64,000 bases of DNA. Origin: Haliotis cracherodii. Its lineage: Eukaryota. The translations under genes were made by a program, and so were the position numbers. The notes below the pieces were generated by a model. That model was not told where the DNA came from and did no database searches. It worked only from the letters and a program-made list of their open reading frames with translations. Location: NCBI RefSeq assembly GCF_022045235.1, contig NW_027266300.1, forward strand, positions 310,001 to 374,000, written 5' to 3'. Below are positions 37,209 to 52,200 of this stretch, one piece after another. The stretch's first letter is position 1; each line of letters opens with the position of its first letter.

Positions 37209-40200
37209 ATGTCGCAAGGCGAGGAGCAGACGACACCCGTACAGGGTTTAACAAGGAAATTATTTCAGTGTGTGGATTTTATTCAGGGCTATTTTGTAGA
37301 CGCTGCCCTGTTTTGTTTCTTTCTCTCGCGGCACATGTCTCTGCCGTTATTCCAGGAATATGTTCAAGATCAAATCCACAAAAAACATAACCTCAACTTG
37401 ATAGACATCCAGAAAGGCATGAGTGGGAATGAGACAAGCTCCTGGCACGAGGCTCAGCAGGAAAGTGTGCTCGCAGTGTTAGGACTCCAGATTGCGGAGG
37501 GTTTACCGGCCATCATCACCGTCCTCATCCTGGGGGCTGTCAGTGACAGAACAGGCAGACGGAAGATCCTTCTGTGGCTTCCCTCGCTGGGGAGTGTTGC
37601 ACATTCTCTCATCTATGTTCTGATTCTGTACACCGGATGGAACCTGGATGGCCTGTTTATGGCGTCGGCCCTCAGGGGAATCAGTGGGAGTATGACTGCC
37701 TTCTTGGCGGGATCAACTTATTTTGCGATTAACAGTGTTAAACCAAATCAAAGAGCCTCGCGCCTTGCTATCCAGGAGTTTTTGAACGGCGGTGCATATG
37801 CTCTTGGTAATATCATGGTTGGATTCTGGGTCAAGTCCAGTGGATTTTTGCAACCATTTTGGTTCACTTTGATCTGTGGAGTGATCGCCTTCTTGATATC
37901 CTTCTTCCTGGTACAGGAGTGCCCACTCAGCGAAGCAGACCGACCGGTTCGACACAGAAGGACTGGAAATTGTTGCAAAGATTTGTTTGCACCGATGGCC
38001 AAAATATTCAACTGTTGTAAAAACCGAGGCCTGATTAAAGTCTGGATGGCCATTTTAGCTTTCCAGACGTACGCCGCAGTGCATATTGGGCAGGAGAATG
38101 TCTTAGTGTTGTATCTTAGTGGACAGCCGTATTTGTATTCCTGGCGTACGGATGTGACGGGGCCTGGGCCGTACGTGAAGATCGGCCTGTTCTTGTCCGT
38201 CATCATGGCTGTGGCAGCTGCGGCCGTAGCGCTGAGTCCACCGATAATGAGGAGGTTTCTGACAGAATCAAACATCGCCTTCATTGGATACTTCTCCAAG
38301 GCCCTGGGCACCCTCTGGATTGCTGTTGTTCATAATGAAACAATTTTATATTTTGGTAAGTCAAATAAGGTCAAGTCTGTATAGAAATTAACAATTTGCT
38401 TTCAACACTCCCTAATTCTGTAAGTTAGAAGAAGTTCTATCATTGGGATCAAATGAAGACTGAACAACTGTTGACCTGTGAAGATCCAGGGTAGAATAGG
38501 TCTTCAGCATCCCATGCTTGCCGTTAAAGGCATCTATGCTTGTCGTAAAAGGCATCTATGCTTGTCGTAAAAGGCATCTATGCTTGTCGTAAGAGGCAAC
38601 TAATAGGATCGAGTGGTCATCCCCATTGCGTGGATCGATGCTCATGATGTCAATCACTGGTCGAGACTCAATTATTTACAGACCACTGTCATATAGCTGG
38701 AATATTGCTGAGTGTGGCGATAAACAACAAAGAAACAAACAAAACTGAACAACTGTCAATCATGTATGTATCAAAACATTCATCTACCATCTCTATGGCA
38801 CAGTTGTGTTAGATACTGGCATCCCCTTGTCGTGTCAGGATCCACTGATGCTGCATCAAGTGTGTTGGGGTCCTGGTGAGCACCATACTTGTAACATGTG
38901 TACTCAACACTTTCACCAGTGCTAAAATCTAAAACTTGTGCCTTGTTTGCCTTCCTCCCCTTTTTAAAGGCAAATAAGCAGTTACAATGGTTGCAGCAAG
39001 TTTCTTTTAGGTCATTTAAACACCAAGTCATGTCTCTGCCAACTTGAGTATCTTATTATATATCAATTAATCTTACAGTTAATGATTACCCTAATCTCAG
39101 ACACTATGTCTGCTTCACACTAATGAAGTAATTACATCTTGACCTGAAGCTATGCTGAATACATGCTGAAGCTGGGCAGCAGAGAAGTCTGTGAGCTGAC
39201 ATGTTATATATGCCATGGTAAGACTGTTCCACTCAACTTACCAACGGTGAGGGATGGCTGGGTAGCGTAGTGGTTAAAGGCAGCCTTCGAAATTCACACT
39301 GCTACATATTTTGTGCTGAGGACAAGTAAAGATCTCATAACATTGTAAACATTTTGTCCTGGTTCAGGACTAGCTACAAACTCTTGACAGGTGAAAAGTG
39401 CAAACTAAGGTTTCCCCTGGTACTCTGGACTGGTCTTTCCACCCACACAACTGCTCCCACCCCTAACCCTGACTAGTCTTACCACCCACACAACTGCCCC
39501 CACCCCTAACCCTGACTAGTCTTTCCACCCACACAGCTGCCCCCACCCCTAACCCTGACTAGTCTTACCACCCACACAGCTGCCCCCACCCCTAACCCTG
39601 ACTAGTCTTACCACCCACACAGCTGCCCCCACCCCTAACCCTGACTAGTCTTACCACCCACACAGCTGCCCCCACCCCTAACCCTGACTAGTCTTACCAC
39701 CCACACAGCTGCCCCCACCCCTAACCCTGACTAGTCTTACCACCCACACAGCTGCCCCCACCCCTAACCCTGACTAGTCTTACCACCCACACAGCTGCCC
39801 CCACCCCTAACCCTGACTAGTCTTACCACCCACACAGCTGCCCCCACCCCTAACCCTGACTAGTCTTACCACCCACACAGCTGCCCCCACCCCTAACCCT
39901 GACTAGTCTTACCACCCACACAGCTGCCCCCACCCCTAACCCTGACTAGTCTTACCACCCACACAGCTGCCCCCACCCCTAACCCTGACTAGTCTTACCA
40001 CCCACACAGCTGCCCCCACCCCTAACCCTGACTAGTCTTTCCACCCACACAACTGCCCCCACCCCTAACCCTGACTAGTCTTACCACCCACACAGCTGCC
40101 CCCACCCCTAACCCTGACTAGTCTTACCACCCACACAGCTGCCCCCACCCCTAACCCTGACTAGTCTTACCACCCACACAACTGCCCCCACCCCTAACCC

Positions 40201-43200
40201 TGGTACTCTGGGGCCCGTTTCACAAAGAGATCGTAGCGCTAAGACGGTCGTAAGTCTATGTTAAAGTATAGGAATTACGGTAGTCGTACCGCTACGATCG
40301 CTTTGTGAAACAGGCCCCTGGACTGGTCCATATACCCACACAACTGCCCCCACCCCTAACCCTAACCCTGGTACTCTGGACTGGTCTTAAGACCCAAACA
40401 ACTGCCCCCACCCCTAACCCTGACTTGTCTTAACACCCACACTACTGCCCCCACCCCTAACCCTACCCTGTCCCTCCCTTGGAATTTCTATGGTTGTTAA
40501 AGTGCTCCCTTTTGAATCCCCACAAGGGGACCATGTGTGAAGCCCATTTCCATTGTCCCCGACCATTTCCGATGTCCCCTGCCATTTCCGGTGTCCCCTG
40601 CCATTTCCGGGGTGCCCTGCCATTTCCGATGTCCCCGACCATTTCCGGCGTCCCCTGCCATTTCCGATGTCCCCTGCCATTTCCGGGGTGCCCTGCCATT
40701 TCCGGTGTCCCCTGCCATTTCCGTTGTCCCCTGCCATTTCCGGTGTGCCCTGCCATTTCCGGTGTCCCCTGCCATTTCCGGTGTGCCCTGCCATTTCCGA
40801 TGTCCCCTGCCATTTCCGGGGTGCCCTGCCATTTTCCGGTGTCCCCTGCCATTTCCGTTGTCCCCTGCCATTTCCGATGTCCCCGACCATTTCCGGGGTC
40901 CCCTGCCATTTCCGGTGTCCCCTGCCATTTCCGGTGTCCCCTGATAGCAGAACTTCCCTGGATTCAGAGGAGGTCACTTGATAAGGCTATAGGCAGGGAG
41001 TAAAGCAGGCCTGACAAACACGTTGACCCACTGAACAAATCTGTTGACCCACTGGAAAAGCACAACTAAACTTAACATGATAAAAAATCAGTCAAGACAA
41101 ATAATTTTGATCCAACTGACTAATGAAAATATGAAATGTAGGTCTCCTTATTTAGCCATGTTTAGTGTACTTTTCAAACAGAATACAACATAATTTGGAA
41201 GTACATGGTTAACAGTCTGTGCCAAAATCTTTTGAGGCTACCAGCTTAAACCTGTCAATCAACATCATTCTCAGTAGATCTTAGTGTTACTGTGTCATGT
41301 GTATGGGCTGATACAAGACTACAAGATAGTTTACTGCACAGAGGCTTCGAACAAGTGGCTAAAGTCACAGACTGGCTGACACAGTAACACATGATTAACC
41401 ATGAAAATGTGTAACTTTAGTTGTCTAGCAAGTGTTCAGGGATTATTAAAACACACCTGTGACGTCATTCTATTGTTTGAGCGCTCCATTAGTTTCAGGG
41501 AATGGAGAGTTGATTGTGTTCTCCTTCAAGGCTGATCAATACTCTGCATGTTTCATGGCTCTTTAGAATGTTTTGTCAAATTGTAAAAGTAGAGATGTGT
41601 TTAAAGTAGGGGAATATCCTCATAACTCTCCACTGCGCCATTATTTTTAAATAATAGAGAGTTACTCGGACATTCCCCTCTACGTAATATTTCTGAGAGG
41701 CAGCTCCTGTTGGTGGACAGAGGAGATTTGTCAAACCCACAACAGACTCAAGGGTCTGTGCATATATTGTCAACTTGACTGTCAAGAGATAGACTTTATC
41801 AGTGTCACTTGTGGGCTGGTAATCCATCATTTTGGTCAGTGGACAGTTTCCAGTCAAGACCAGGTCAGGTAGATGTATTACGTTCACTGACGGGCATGGA
41901 AATACCTCGAGGGCTCCTTCAAGTACAGTCCATCATCATGATGCAAGGTTTCAGTAAACTCTGTGTGTGATATTCGAGTCACTGTTCAGTTAATATTGTT
42001 TGTACTCCTGACATTGGGGACCAAGATAATTTCTCAGTTTGGTTACTGTGTTGTAATCAGGGTTGTTTGTTGGTTCACATGTAGTTATCATGGTTAGATG
42101 TACACACCTAGCTGTTGGCTGGCAATGTGTAGGGTTAATGTTTACGATCATGCCGCAAGGCAGGGACTGTGGTCAGGAGGAGGACCTGGTCCTTGATACA
42201 CTGGATAAGTACATGTATTCGGGCAAGCTGACATCACAGATGGATTGTGCATCATATCTATGACTTGTGACTTTAAAAGATATGTACATTCAAAAATGGC
42301 ATTGTTCTTTGCTTAGTTCTAGAAAAGCAAACTATTACACTACATTTAAGACTACTATTATACTAGAACCTTATCTATTAAGTGTAAATTTACATAAGTT
42401 TAGAACAGCTCTTTCTCGATTCCGTTGTGGCTCACATGATCTATTTATTGAAACAGGCAGATATGAAGGTATTGCAAGAGAACACAGACCTTGTAGGATT
42501 TGTAAAACTGATTGTACTGAAGATGAATATCACTTTTTATGTGTATGTCCAGTGTATGAAGATTTAAGAGCAAAATATCTAAATAACTATTTCTACCGCA
42601 ACCCAAACGGTAACAAATTTTGTAAATTAATGACTTGTGATTGTACAGAAACTATTAGAAATCTATCAATGTTCATTTATCACGCCATGAAACTAAGAAA
42701 ATGTATGAATTTGTAACATGCCCCACACATTGTACTATAGGCCTTTGGCCTCATAAGTACCATGAATAAAGATTGATTGACTTGTGTCTCAGCTCAGGAG
42801 TGATGGGGCCTCCGCTGCCTGGGGCATGGCAGTGGTCAGCTTTCACAAATACAGAGTTACCCATGGTTACAGGTTGGGCAATTCTTTCTGCATGGAGAAA
42901 CAGGTGTTTTTGTTCTTATGGGGACAATGATGTCATTAGTCCAAACCACTGTTGGCAAGTTAGTGTTATGAATGTTAATGATACTATTTGATAATGCTTT
43001 AAACTGTCTGATTCTGTGTATATGATGAAGGGCCCTGGGCCCCGTTCCATAAAGCCATCTTAGTGCTAAGGTTATCATATGTCCCATACTTTAACACTGG
43101 CTTACGATAGTCGTAACGCTAAGATCGCTTTGTGGAAAGGTGCCCTGGGCCTGTTGAGTATTGATAATGAGACCTGTATAAGAATGCCTGCCTGAACAAA

Positions 43201-46200
43201 TGCATTGCATGAGATTCATACTGCTCGCTCTGTTGTTTGTATAAGACATTAGAGAATCTAAGTGTGATGTTACAGAGTGTGCCATGGTCCACTGGACTAT
43301 GATGTGGATCGGTGTGTGGTTACTTAAGTCAAGATAGAATCACTCAGTTCATGATACCATGATATGACAGTCAGATGAACTGACATCCTTGTGAGGACTT
43401 GATGTGGCCTACAGGTGATATGCATCAATAGATTTTGGTGAAAATCATTCACAAAGTAACAGGAAAAACTGTCATATACAAAAGATCTGGCTCTTCTTAT
43501 TAACTTTAGAATCTAGAATCGAGATCAGTGTTGATCCGTCATGTTGTCCAGTCTGGGAGACACTGGGACAGGGTATTTCTTCCTGTTGATCTGTCATGTT
43601 GTCCAGTCTTGGAGACACTGGGACAGGGTATTTCTTCCTGTTGATCTGTCATGTTGATCAGTCTTAGAGACACTGGGACAGGGTATTTCTTCCTGTTGAT
43701 CTGTCATGTTGTCCAGTCTTGGAGACACTGGGACAGGGTATTTCTTCCTGTTGATCTGTCATGTTGTCCAGTCTTGGAGACACTGGGACAGGGTATTTCT
43801 TCCTGTTGATCTGTCATGTTGATCAGTCTTAGAGACACTGGGACAGGGTATTTATTCCTGTTGATCTGTCATGTTGTCCAGTCTTGGAGACACTGGGACA
43901 GGGTATTTCTTCCTGTTGATCTGTCATGTTGTCCAGTCTTGGAGACACTGGGACAGGGTATTTCTTCCTGTTGATCTGTCATGTTGATCAGTCTTAGAGA
44001 CACTGGGACAGGGTATTTATTCCTGTTGATCTGTCATGTTGTCCAGTCTTGGAGACACTGGGACAGGGTATTTCTTCCTGTTGATCTGTCATGTTGTCCA
44101 GTCTTGGAGACACTGGGACAGGGTATTTCTTCCTGTTGATCTGTCATGTTGTCCAGTCTTGGAGACACTGGGACAGGGTATTTCTTCCTGTTGATCTGTC
44201 ATGTTGATCAGTCTTAGAGTCACTGGGACAGGGTATTTCTTCCTGTTGATCTGTCATGTTGTCCAGTCTTGGAGACACTGGGACAGGGTATTTCTTCCTG
44301 TTGATCTGTCATGTTGTCCAGTCTGGGAGACACTGGGACAGGGTATTTCTTCCTGTTGATCTGTCATGTTGTCCAGTCTTGGAGACACTGGGACAGGGTA
44401 TTTATTCCTGTTGATCTGTCATGTTGATCAGTCTTAGAGACACTGGGACAGGGTATTTCTTCCTGTTGATCTGTCATGTTGTCCAGTCTTGGAGACACAG
44501 GGACAGGGTATTTCTTCCTGTTGATCCGTCATGTTGTCCAGTCTTGGAGACACTGGGACAGGGTATTTCTTCCTGTTGATCTGTCATGTTGTCCAGTCTT
44601 GGAGACACAGGGACAGGGTATTTCTTCCTGTTGATCTGTCATGTTGTCCAGTCTTGGAGACACTGGGACAGGGTATTTCTTCCTGTTGATCTGTCATGTC
44701 CAGTCTTGGAGACACTGGGACAGGGTATTTCTTCCTGTTGATCCGTCATGTTGTCCAGTCTTGGAGACACTGGGACAGGGTATTTCTTCCTGTTGATCTG
44801 TCATGTTGTCCAGTCTTGGAGACACAGGGACAGGGTATTTCTTCCTGTTGATCTGTCATGTCCAGTCTTGGAGACACTGGGACAGGGTATTTCTTCCTGT
44901 TGATCTGTCATGTTGTCCAGTCTTGGAGACACTGGGACAGGGTATTTCTTCCTGTTGATCCGTCATGTTGTCCAGTCTGGGAGACACTGGGACAGGGTAT
45001 TTCTTCCTGTTGATCTGTCATGTTGTCCAGTCTTGGAGACACTGGGACAGGGTATTTCTTCCTGTTGATCTGTCATGTTGTCCAGTCTTGGAGACACTGG
45101 GACAGGGTATTTCTTCCTGTTGATCTGTCATGTTGATCAGTCTTGGAGACACTGGGACAGGGTATTTCTTCCTGTTGATCCGTCATGTTGTCCAGTCTGG
45201 GAGACACTGGGACAGGGTATTTCATCCTGTTGATCCGTCATGTTGTCCAATTTTGGAGGCACTGGCCTACTTATTGTCTTCAAACAATCTACAATATTTG
45301 AATGGTTATTTCAGTTTTTTAATTGTTTTTTTATTAATCTTCTATAGCTTCTTAATATTAAAATTCATAACAATGAATGTGGTTTGCAAGCCTCATATAT
45401 GAGAGGAAATGTTTCATCAATCTTTTTCAACATTTAATGCCTCATGTGACTATTTTAGTCTGAACTGGTATTTACGTCAAGAATTAACTGAAACAGGTTC
45501 TGCAGGCCTCAGAAGCAGCTTAGCATTACTGAAATGCTCCCTGTTGAACAATTTCCATCCTGCTTGTTTGATTAAGCTGTAACCGTTGAAGGAAAATAAC
45601 AAAGCATATTTACACCATAGGTGGCCATGTTGAATGTCCATGCTATATTCCAGTTTGAGTATTTCCCTTTATAAAGCGTACCATGCTTGCCTTGCCACGC
45701 ACGTTTGCCGGCTGCGCAGGGGAGCCTGCCCTGTACGCCACGGAATCGGAATTGTCGGCTCACCGCTCAGGTGGCAGTTGGAAAGTTGCAGGACCAGAAC
45801 ATATATGTACTGTATCAGTTGGACGTGTTAACTATTGATCTTTGATATTTGGTAAAAAAAAGTATTTTGTGTATGTTCCAGAATTTAAATAGGATGTCAC
45901 GATCGTGATGATGCAGAAATGATCTCGCCCAGAGAAAAGTGCCGTATTTGTTGTAATATAGGGTGATGCTGTCTTATATCAAGGATGGATTAATGGATAA
46001 ACATAAGAAATATTACTGATGAGACGTGGTCATCCATCAAGGCAAAACTTGGCCACTTCAAGCATGTGCCATTGTTTCAAGTCTTTGTGTCTGCAGATGA
46101 ACATCGGTTTACATTTACAGCTTTAGGGAGTTGATATATTATAGTGGAGATAATGCAGGGTTTGCCTGGCCTTTTAAAACTTGGGTCAACATGGCCCCCA

Positions 46201-49200
46201 AGCTGTGTCACAGGGAGTCATAGGTCTTTGTATGGGTCACTCTTACAACATATTTATTGATGTCCTTCTTTTATAATAAATTACCGATGATTGTGGACTC
46301 GGACCTGGTTTGCCCCTGTTATATTTCTAGGTTTGTCAGCTCCATACCCATGGGTTTTACCAAAGTAGTAAACATTTGAGACCTGCATCACTTCTGGTTT
46401 TCCTTCTACATTAAGCTGACACGCCGTGATAAAACTGTAAGACTGTTAAAACGGCATACCAACTCACTCACACCACAAATTATTTTTTTAATCTAAAACA
46501 TATTCTCTTCTCCCCCTAATCCTGCAGCTTCTATATAATATCATAACCCTTCACATGTGACTCGCCACACTCAGTACACAGTTCAGTACACAATAAATTA
46601 TGTTGTTATTGATTGAACCACAAATCATGATCTGAAACAAAAATAAATTCAATTGACTTGCAAACATCAACACAATATCAGGGGTTGGCTTGTTGTCTCG
46701 CACTTTGAGGTATTATGATTACGATTTGCTGTTTATTGGAATCCACGACGTTTCGGTTTAACATCAAAACTTGAAATGTGGTGACGTATATTTTCTTGAT
46801 TGGCTTGATGTGGGAGTTCCCTGTGATGAGTTCCAAGTGATGTAGCAAACACAAGCACCCCTGTAGGCAAGTAATCCAACGTAGTTCTGATTGGCTGCCA
46901 CTGATAGCTTGGTTAGAAGGCTGTTTGTATATAGACGTTGGCTTTTCCACATTTAAACAAAGCTGATATTGGTAGTAATATCGTCACATAATTTGTCAGT
47001 TTAATTTTAATGTTCTGACAATGTAGTGCAATTAAATTATTGATTTGGCAGACTGAACGATCTGCATTACAACTGAGGCAATGGGGAAATGATGTTGCAG
47101 GTAACTTGAATGTGGCAGGTAACTTGAATGTGGCAGGTAACTTGAATGTGGCAGGTAACTTGAATGTGCCCCAAGTTGCTTCTGCTGCTGGTGACAGCAG
47201 TCAGTTGGGGGAATTAGGCTTTTGTTTCCGTGTCTGACACATACATATTGCAGAGAGTTTAATGATTAAACTTTGCCGAGGTGATAGCTTGTGCTTAATG
47301 TGCCCCAGGCATGGAAGCAATGGGCAGGGATGTTTGCCAGAATCAATTAATTTAAATCAGGTGACCATTGATCAGGGAGCAGAAGGACAAGACAGTGAAC
47401 CTGATGTCGTGGACACACATCTCTCAGTTTCCCTTCACTCAAGTCAAGCTGCAGTGTTCCTGCAACCTTTTGAAACTGCCAGTCCTGGTGGACTGGCAAC
47501 TCTAAAAATTGTCAAGTCCCCCTAATTTTTGTCAAATAACAAAATGTATGAAAAGTACCTGGTTTTAATTCTTTCAACATCATGTTCAATGCAATACATC
47601 ATCTCTGAAGAAACTTAGTTAGATCTACATGTCATTCACACAAACTTCAGTCACAATTTTCTCTGTTTTTGGTGAATATTTCGAGACTAAGTCGCTTTAC
47701 TACGAAACAAAGCGAAATGTTAGTCAAGGGGAAGCCATGATGGTAACCATGGTAACAGACAAGCTGAATTCATTCAAAAAAAATACTTACAGGTATGTTC
47801 CTGATGTTTTCTTGAACAAAAAAGATTTATAAGGTATTGTCCGGTCCACAGGGACTGACAGTCACCATGGTCACATGAATTACTTGTCCAAGCCTAATAC
47901 TACCGCTAAAAGACTGGTAATTACCAGTAAACGGGAACACGACTGCTTCACTGCATTTTCTTGTCATGTTAAAAGATTTTTTCCTTATTTTCCAGCCATT
48001 CTGCTGTTGGCGTTTGAACTTCTACCATTCCCAATGATGAGGTCCATCGTGTCAAGAGGAATTTCCCCATCGGAACAAGGTGAGAGTCTCCCCTACATGA
48101 ACAGACAGTAAAATACTTATATAATGAACACACTTGCAACGAACTGATGGATACAACAAACTTAATTTTTGGTGCCGGCCATTTGTGATGAAATAAAGTT
48201 TAGATAAGCAAAACAGACTTCTTTCTTAATTGTCATCCCCCCGACTCACCTGTCTGTCACACCCGTCAGCTGGGCAGGTGACTGGGGTCAAGTCATCCCC
48301 CCGACTCACCTTTCTGTCACAGCTGGGCAGGTCACAGGGGTCAAGTCATCTCCCCGACTCACCTGTCTGTCACACCTGTCAGCTGGGCAGGTCACTGGGG
48401 TCAAGTCATCCCCCCGACTCACCTGTCTGTGACACCTGTCAGCTGGCCAGATCACAGGGGTCAAGTCATCCCACCGGCTCACCTGTCTGTCACACCTGTC
48501 GTCTGGGCAGATCACTGGGGTCAAGTCATCCCCCCGACTCACCTGTCTGTGACACCTGTCAGCTGGGCAGATCACTGGGGTCAAGTCATCCCCCCGACTC
48601 ACCTGTCTGTCACACCTGTCAGCTGGGCAGATCACTGGGGTCAAGTCATCCCACCGGCTCACCTGTCTGTGACACCTGTCGTCTGGGCAGATCACTGGGG
48701 TCAAGTCATCCCCCCGACTCACCTGTCTGTCACACCTGTCGTCTGGGCAGATCACTGGGGTCAAGTCATCCCCCCGGCTCACCTGTCTGTGACACCTGTC
48801 AGCTGAGCAGATCACTGGGGTCAAGTCATCCCCCGACTCACCTGTCTGTTACAGTCTGTTCATCAATAGTCGACTGACCACCTCCATGGTCAAGTGAGAG
48901 AGGAAGGTCTGGGGTTTCATCCCCGGCCGGGTCGTACCAAAAGACATTAAAAGATGGTACTTGATGTTACCCTGCCTGGCTCGGCATTAAGGGGATAAAA
49001 CAAGGACTGTTCGGTTGGAGTATACTGTGTATGAGTGGGGTATTCATGTTAAACACACACATGCATGCATATCGCTGTATAAGTGCGATAATCTTGGACA
49101 CAAAGTTAAACCCCATTTCAACTCACCTCAATAGTCGACTCTCAGCACAAAATGACATTTGACTTGACTGTGTGTTGCCTGCTAGATAATCTGTGACAGC

Positions 49201-52200
49201 TGTAACAGGAAGTTAGCAGTTGTGCAACATGTGCCGTCACGCCTCAAGGCAGGACTGCACTTCCCACTCTACAATGACTATCTGCTCTGCCCGCCCCTCC
49301 CTCCCTGGCTTACAGTGGGGGCATGATGACATTGTCACACATGACTGCACTTCCCTCTCTACAATGACTATCTGCTCTGCCCGCCCCTCCCTCCCCAGCT
49401 TACAGTGGGGGCATGATGACATTGTCACACATGACTGCACTTCCCTCTCTACAATGACTATCTGCTCTGCCCGCCCCTCCCTCCCCAGCTTACAGTGGGG
49501 GCATGATGACATTGTCACACAGGTCCTCTGATTCAGGACAGCGGGACAACGTGACAACGTGAGGCAGGTACAGGACAAGAATGGGATTGCTTCGTCATGG
49601 GCCCCTCCTTGACACAGACTTGTTATTGTCAATCATGTCAATTGTCGAGGACAGAAAGCAACTGTTTTTGTTGTTTCTTAAATGTCCACAAAGCAATCTA
49701 TGCATAAATGTGTCACAACTCACCAGTGGCGGAAAATATGTTGATTAGTTTGGGGACTTTCTTGCACATTTGGGGGCACGTGTGGCCCAGTCGTCTAAGG
49801 CGCCGCGATTTGCTGTGCAGAGTTGCGTCCCCTGGACACGCCAGAAACCTATGATTGTGGGTTCGAATCCCGGTTCACCCCAATTATGTTTCTAGGTTTG
49901 TCAGCATCATACCCGTGCTCGTGGGTTTCACCGAAGTGGCAAACGTCTGAGACCTGCATCACTTCGGGCTTTCCTCCCACATTAAGCTGACACGCCGTGA
50001 TATAACTGGAATACTGTTAAAAGCGGCGTTAAAACCCTTTTCACTCACTCACTCACCCACTCTTGCACATTTGCTCGATGTTACTTCTCCGATATTTATC
50101 GAAAATTGATCGATACTTAGTTAGAGATTATCAATCTCTGTGATCTATATCGATAGCCAGCACTACTGTTTAGTGTTTAGGGAGCGGGTATAGGTGGGAT
50201 TCATGACAATAGTCATTTCCTGTTGTCTTGCGATGTCATGCACAGCGAGAGTTTCACAGAAACCCAACATTACAGCGTGTCTCTGACACACTATGGACTG
50301 TATAATAATTAATGCAGGGAAATGTAAGTAGAAGTTCATCATGCTTAGTCAATATATCTTAAACAGCAGCTGATTGGTGATTAAAACAAAGGGCCTCTTT
50401 CACAGTGCCAGGTTTTCACACAACAACAGCTTCCCGGAGAGCGAGATGCAACCAGATGCAGAAGTTTAAGCTACTGTTCATTTAGTTTTAGAGGATTTAC
50501 AGGGATTGGTATGAAACAGGTTTTCAAGTTAAAATACAAGTGGGTAAAAACAATGTGAATACCTAAAAATTGTGGCTTTCCAATCAAAATCAAACCCCTG
50601 CGTAAAACACCCAATAACCAAAAGATTATCATGAGTTTAGCACATTGCTCCAACTTTAGGGTATAACTCCAATACAGCTTAAAACAGAATTCAGCCAACT
50701 CCCTTTTCATGCTCACTCATTTGGTCCGTTTATTCTTCATGATTTTATTTCTTGTTATTACCATGATTACAGGTTAACATTTGCTCTTGTTGCAGGGTCG
50801 CTGTTTGCTGTGATGCATTGTGGGGAGAGTATAATTTACTTCCTGGCTCCCTTCACCTTCACGGCAATCTACGCTTCTTCGCTGCACTACTTTGGTGGCT
50901 TCGTCTTCATCGTGTCTATCATCCTGCTGTGTCTGCCGACAGGATTCACAATGTAAGTACATCATCCTGCTGTGTCTGCCGACAGGATTCACGATGTAAG
51001 TACATCATCTTGGTGTGTCTGCCAACGGGGTTCACAATGTAAGTACATCATCTTGGTGTGTCCGCCGACAGGATTCACAATGTAAGTACATCATCTTGGT
51101 GTGTCCGCCGACAGGATTCACGATGTAAGTACATCATCTTGGTGTGTCTGCCAACGGGGTTCACAGTGTAAGTACATCATCTTGGTGTGTCTGCCAACGG
51201 GGTTCCCAGTGTAAGTACATCATCTTGGTGTGTCTGCCAACGGGGTTCTCAGTGTAAGTACATCATCTTACTGTGTCTGCCAACGGGGTTCACGATGTAA
51301 GTACATCATCTTGGTGTGTCTGCTGACGGGGTTCACAATGTAAGTACATCATCTTCCTGTGTCCGCTGACGGGGTTCACAGTGTAAGTACATCATCTTAA
51401 TGTGTCTGCCGACGGGGTTCACAATGTAAGTACATCATCTTGGTGTGTCTGCTGACGGGGTTCACAGTGTAAGTACATCATCTTACTGTGTCTGCTGACG
51501 GGGTTCACAGTGTAAGTACATCATCTTGGTGTGTCTGCCGACGGGATTCACAATGTAAGTACATCATCTTGGTGTGTCTGCCGACGGGGTTCACAGTGTA
51601 AGTACATCATCTTACTGTGTCTGCTGACGGGGTTCACAGTGTAAGTACATCATCTTGGTGTGTCTGCCGACGGGATTCACAATGTAAGTACATCATCTTG
51701 GTGTGTCTGCCGACGGGGTTCACAGTGTAAGTACATCATCTTGGTGTGTCTGCCGATGGGGTTCACGATGTAAGTACATCATCTTGGTGTGTCCGCTGAC
51801 GGGGTTCACTATGTAAATACATCATCTTGGTGTGTCTGCCGACGGGGTTCACAGTGTAAGTACATCATCTTGGTGTGTCCGCTGACGGGGTTCACAATGT
51901 AAATACATCATCTTGGTGTGTCCGCCGACGGGGTTCACAGTGTAAGTACATCATCTTGGTGTGTCCGCTGTTGGGGTTCACAATGTAAGTACATCATCTT
52001 ACTGTGTCTGCCGACGGGGTTCACAGTGTAAGTACATCATCTTGGTGTGTCTGCCAACGGGGTTCACGATGTAAGTACATCATCTTGGTGTGTCTGCTGT
52101 TGGGGTTCACAACGTAAGTATATCATCTTGGTGTGTCTGCCGACGGGGTTCACAATGTAAGTACATCATCTTGGTGTGTCTGCTGTTGGGGTTCACAACG

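Noticed and set aside
37122-38384. Single-exon 420-aa ORF as the complete transporter
   Set aside because: It starts at a non-ATG codon and reads through the donor at 38356; the missing TM segments are in three downstream exons.
39450-40470. Interstitial telomere
   Set aside because: Only one or two CCCTAA per 43-bp unit, not a (TTAGGG)n tract.
40414-41003. Gly/Pro-rich collagen-like ORFs
   Set aside because: Six-frame read-through of a 19-bp minisatellite.
49773-49880. tRNA genes at GGTTCGAATCC motifs (also about 7004, 21325, 57250, 58560)
   Set aside because: These are SINE heads with shared bodies, simple-repeat tails and TSDs; no full cloverleaf.
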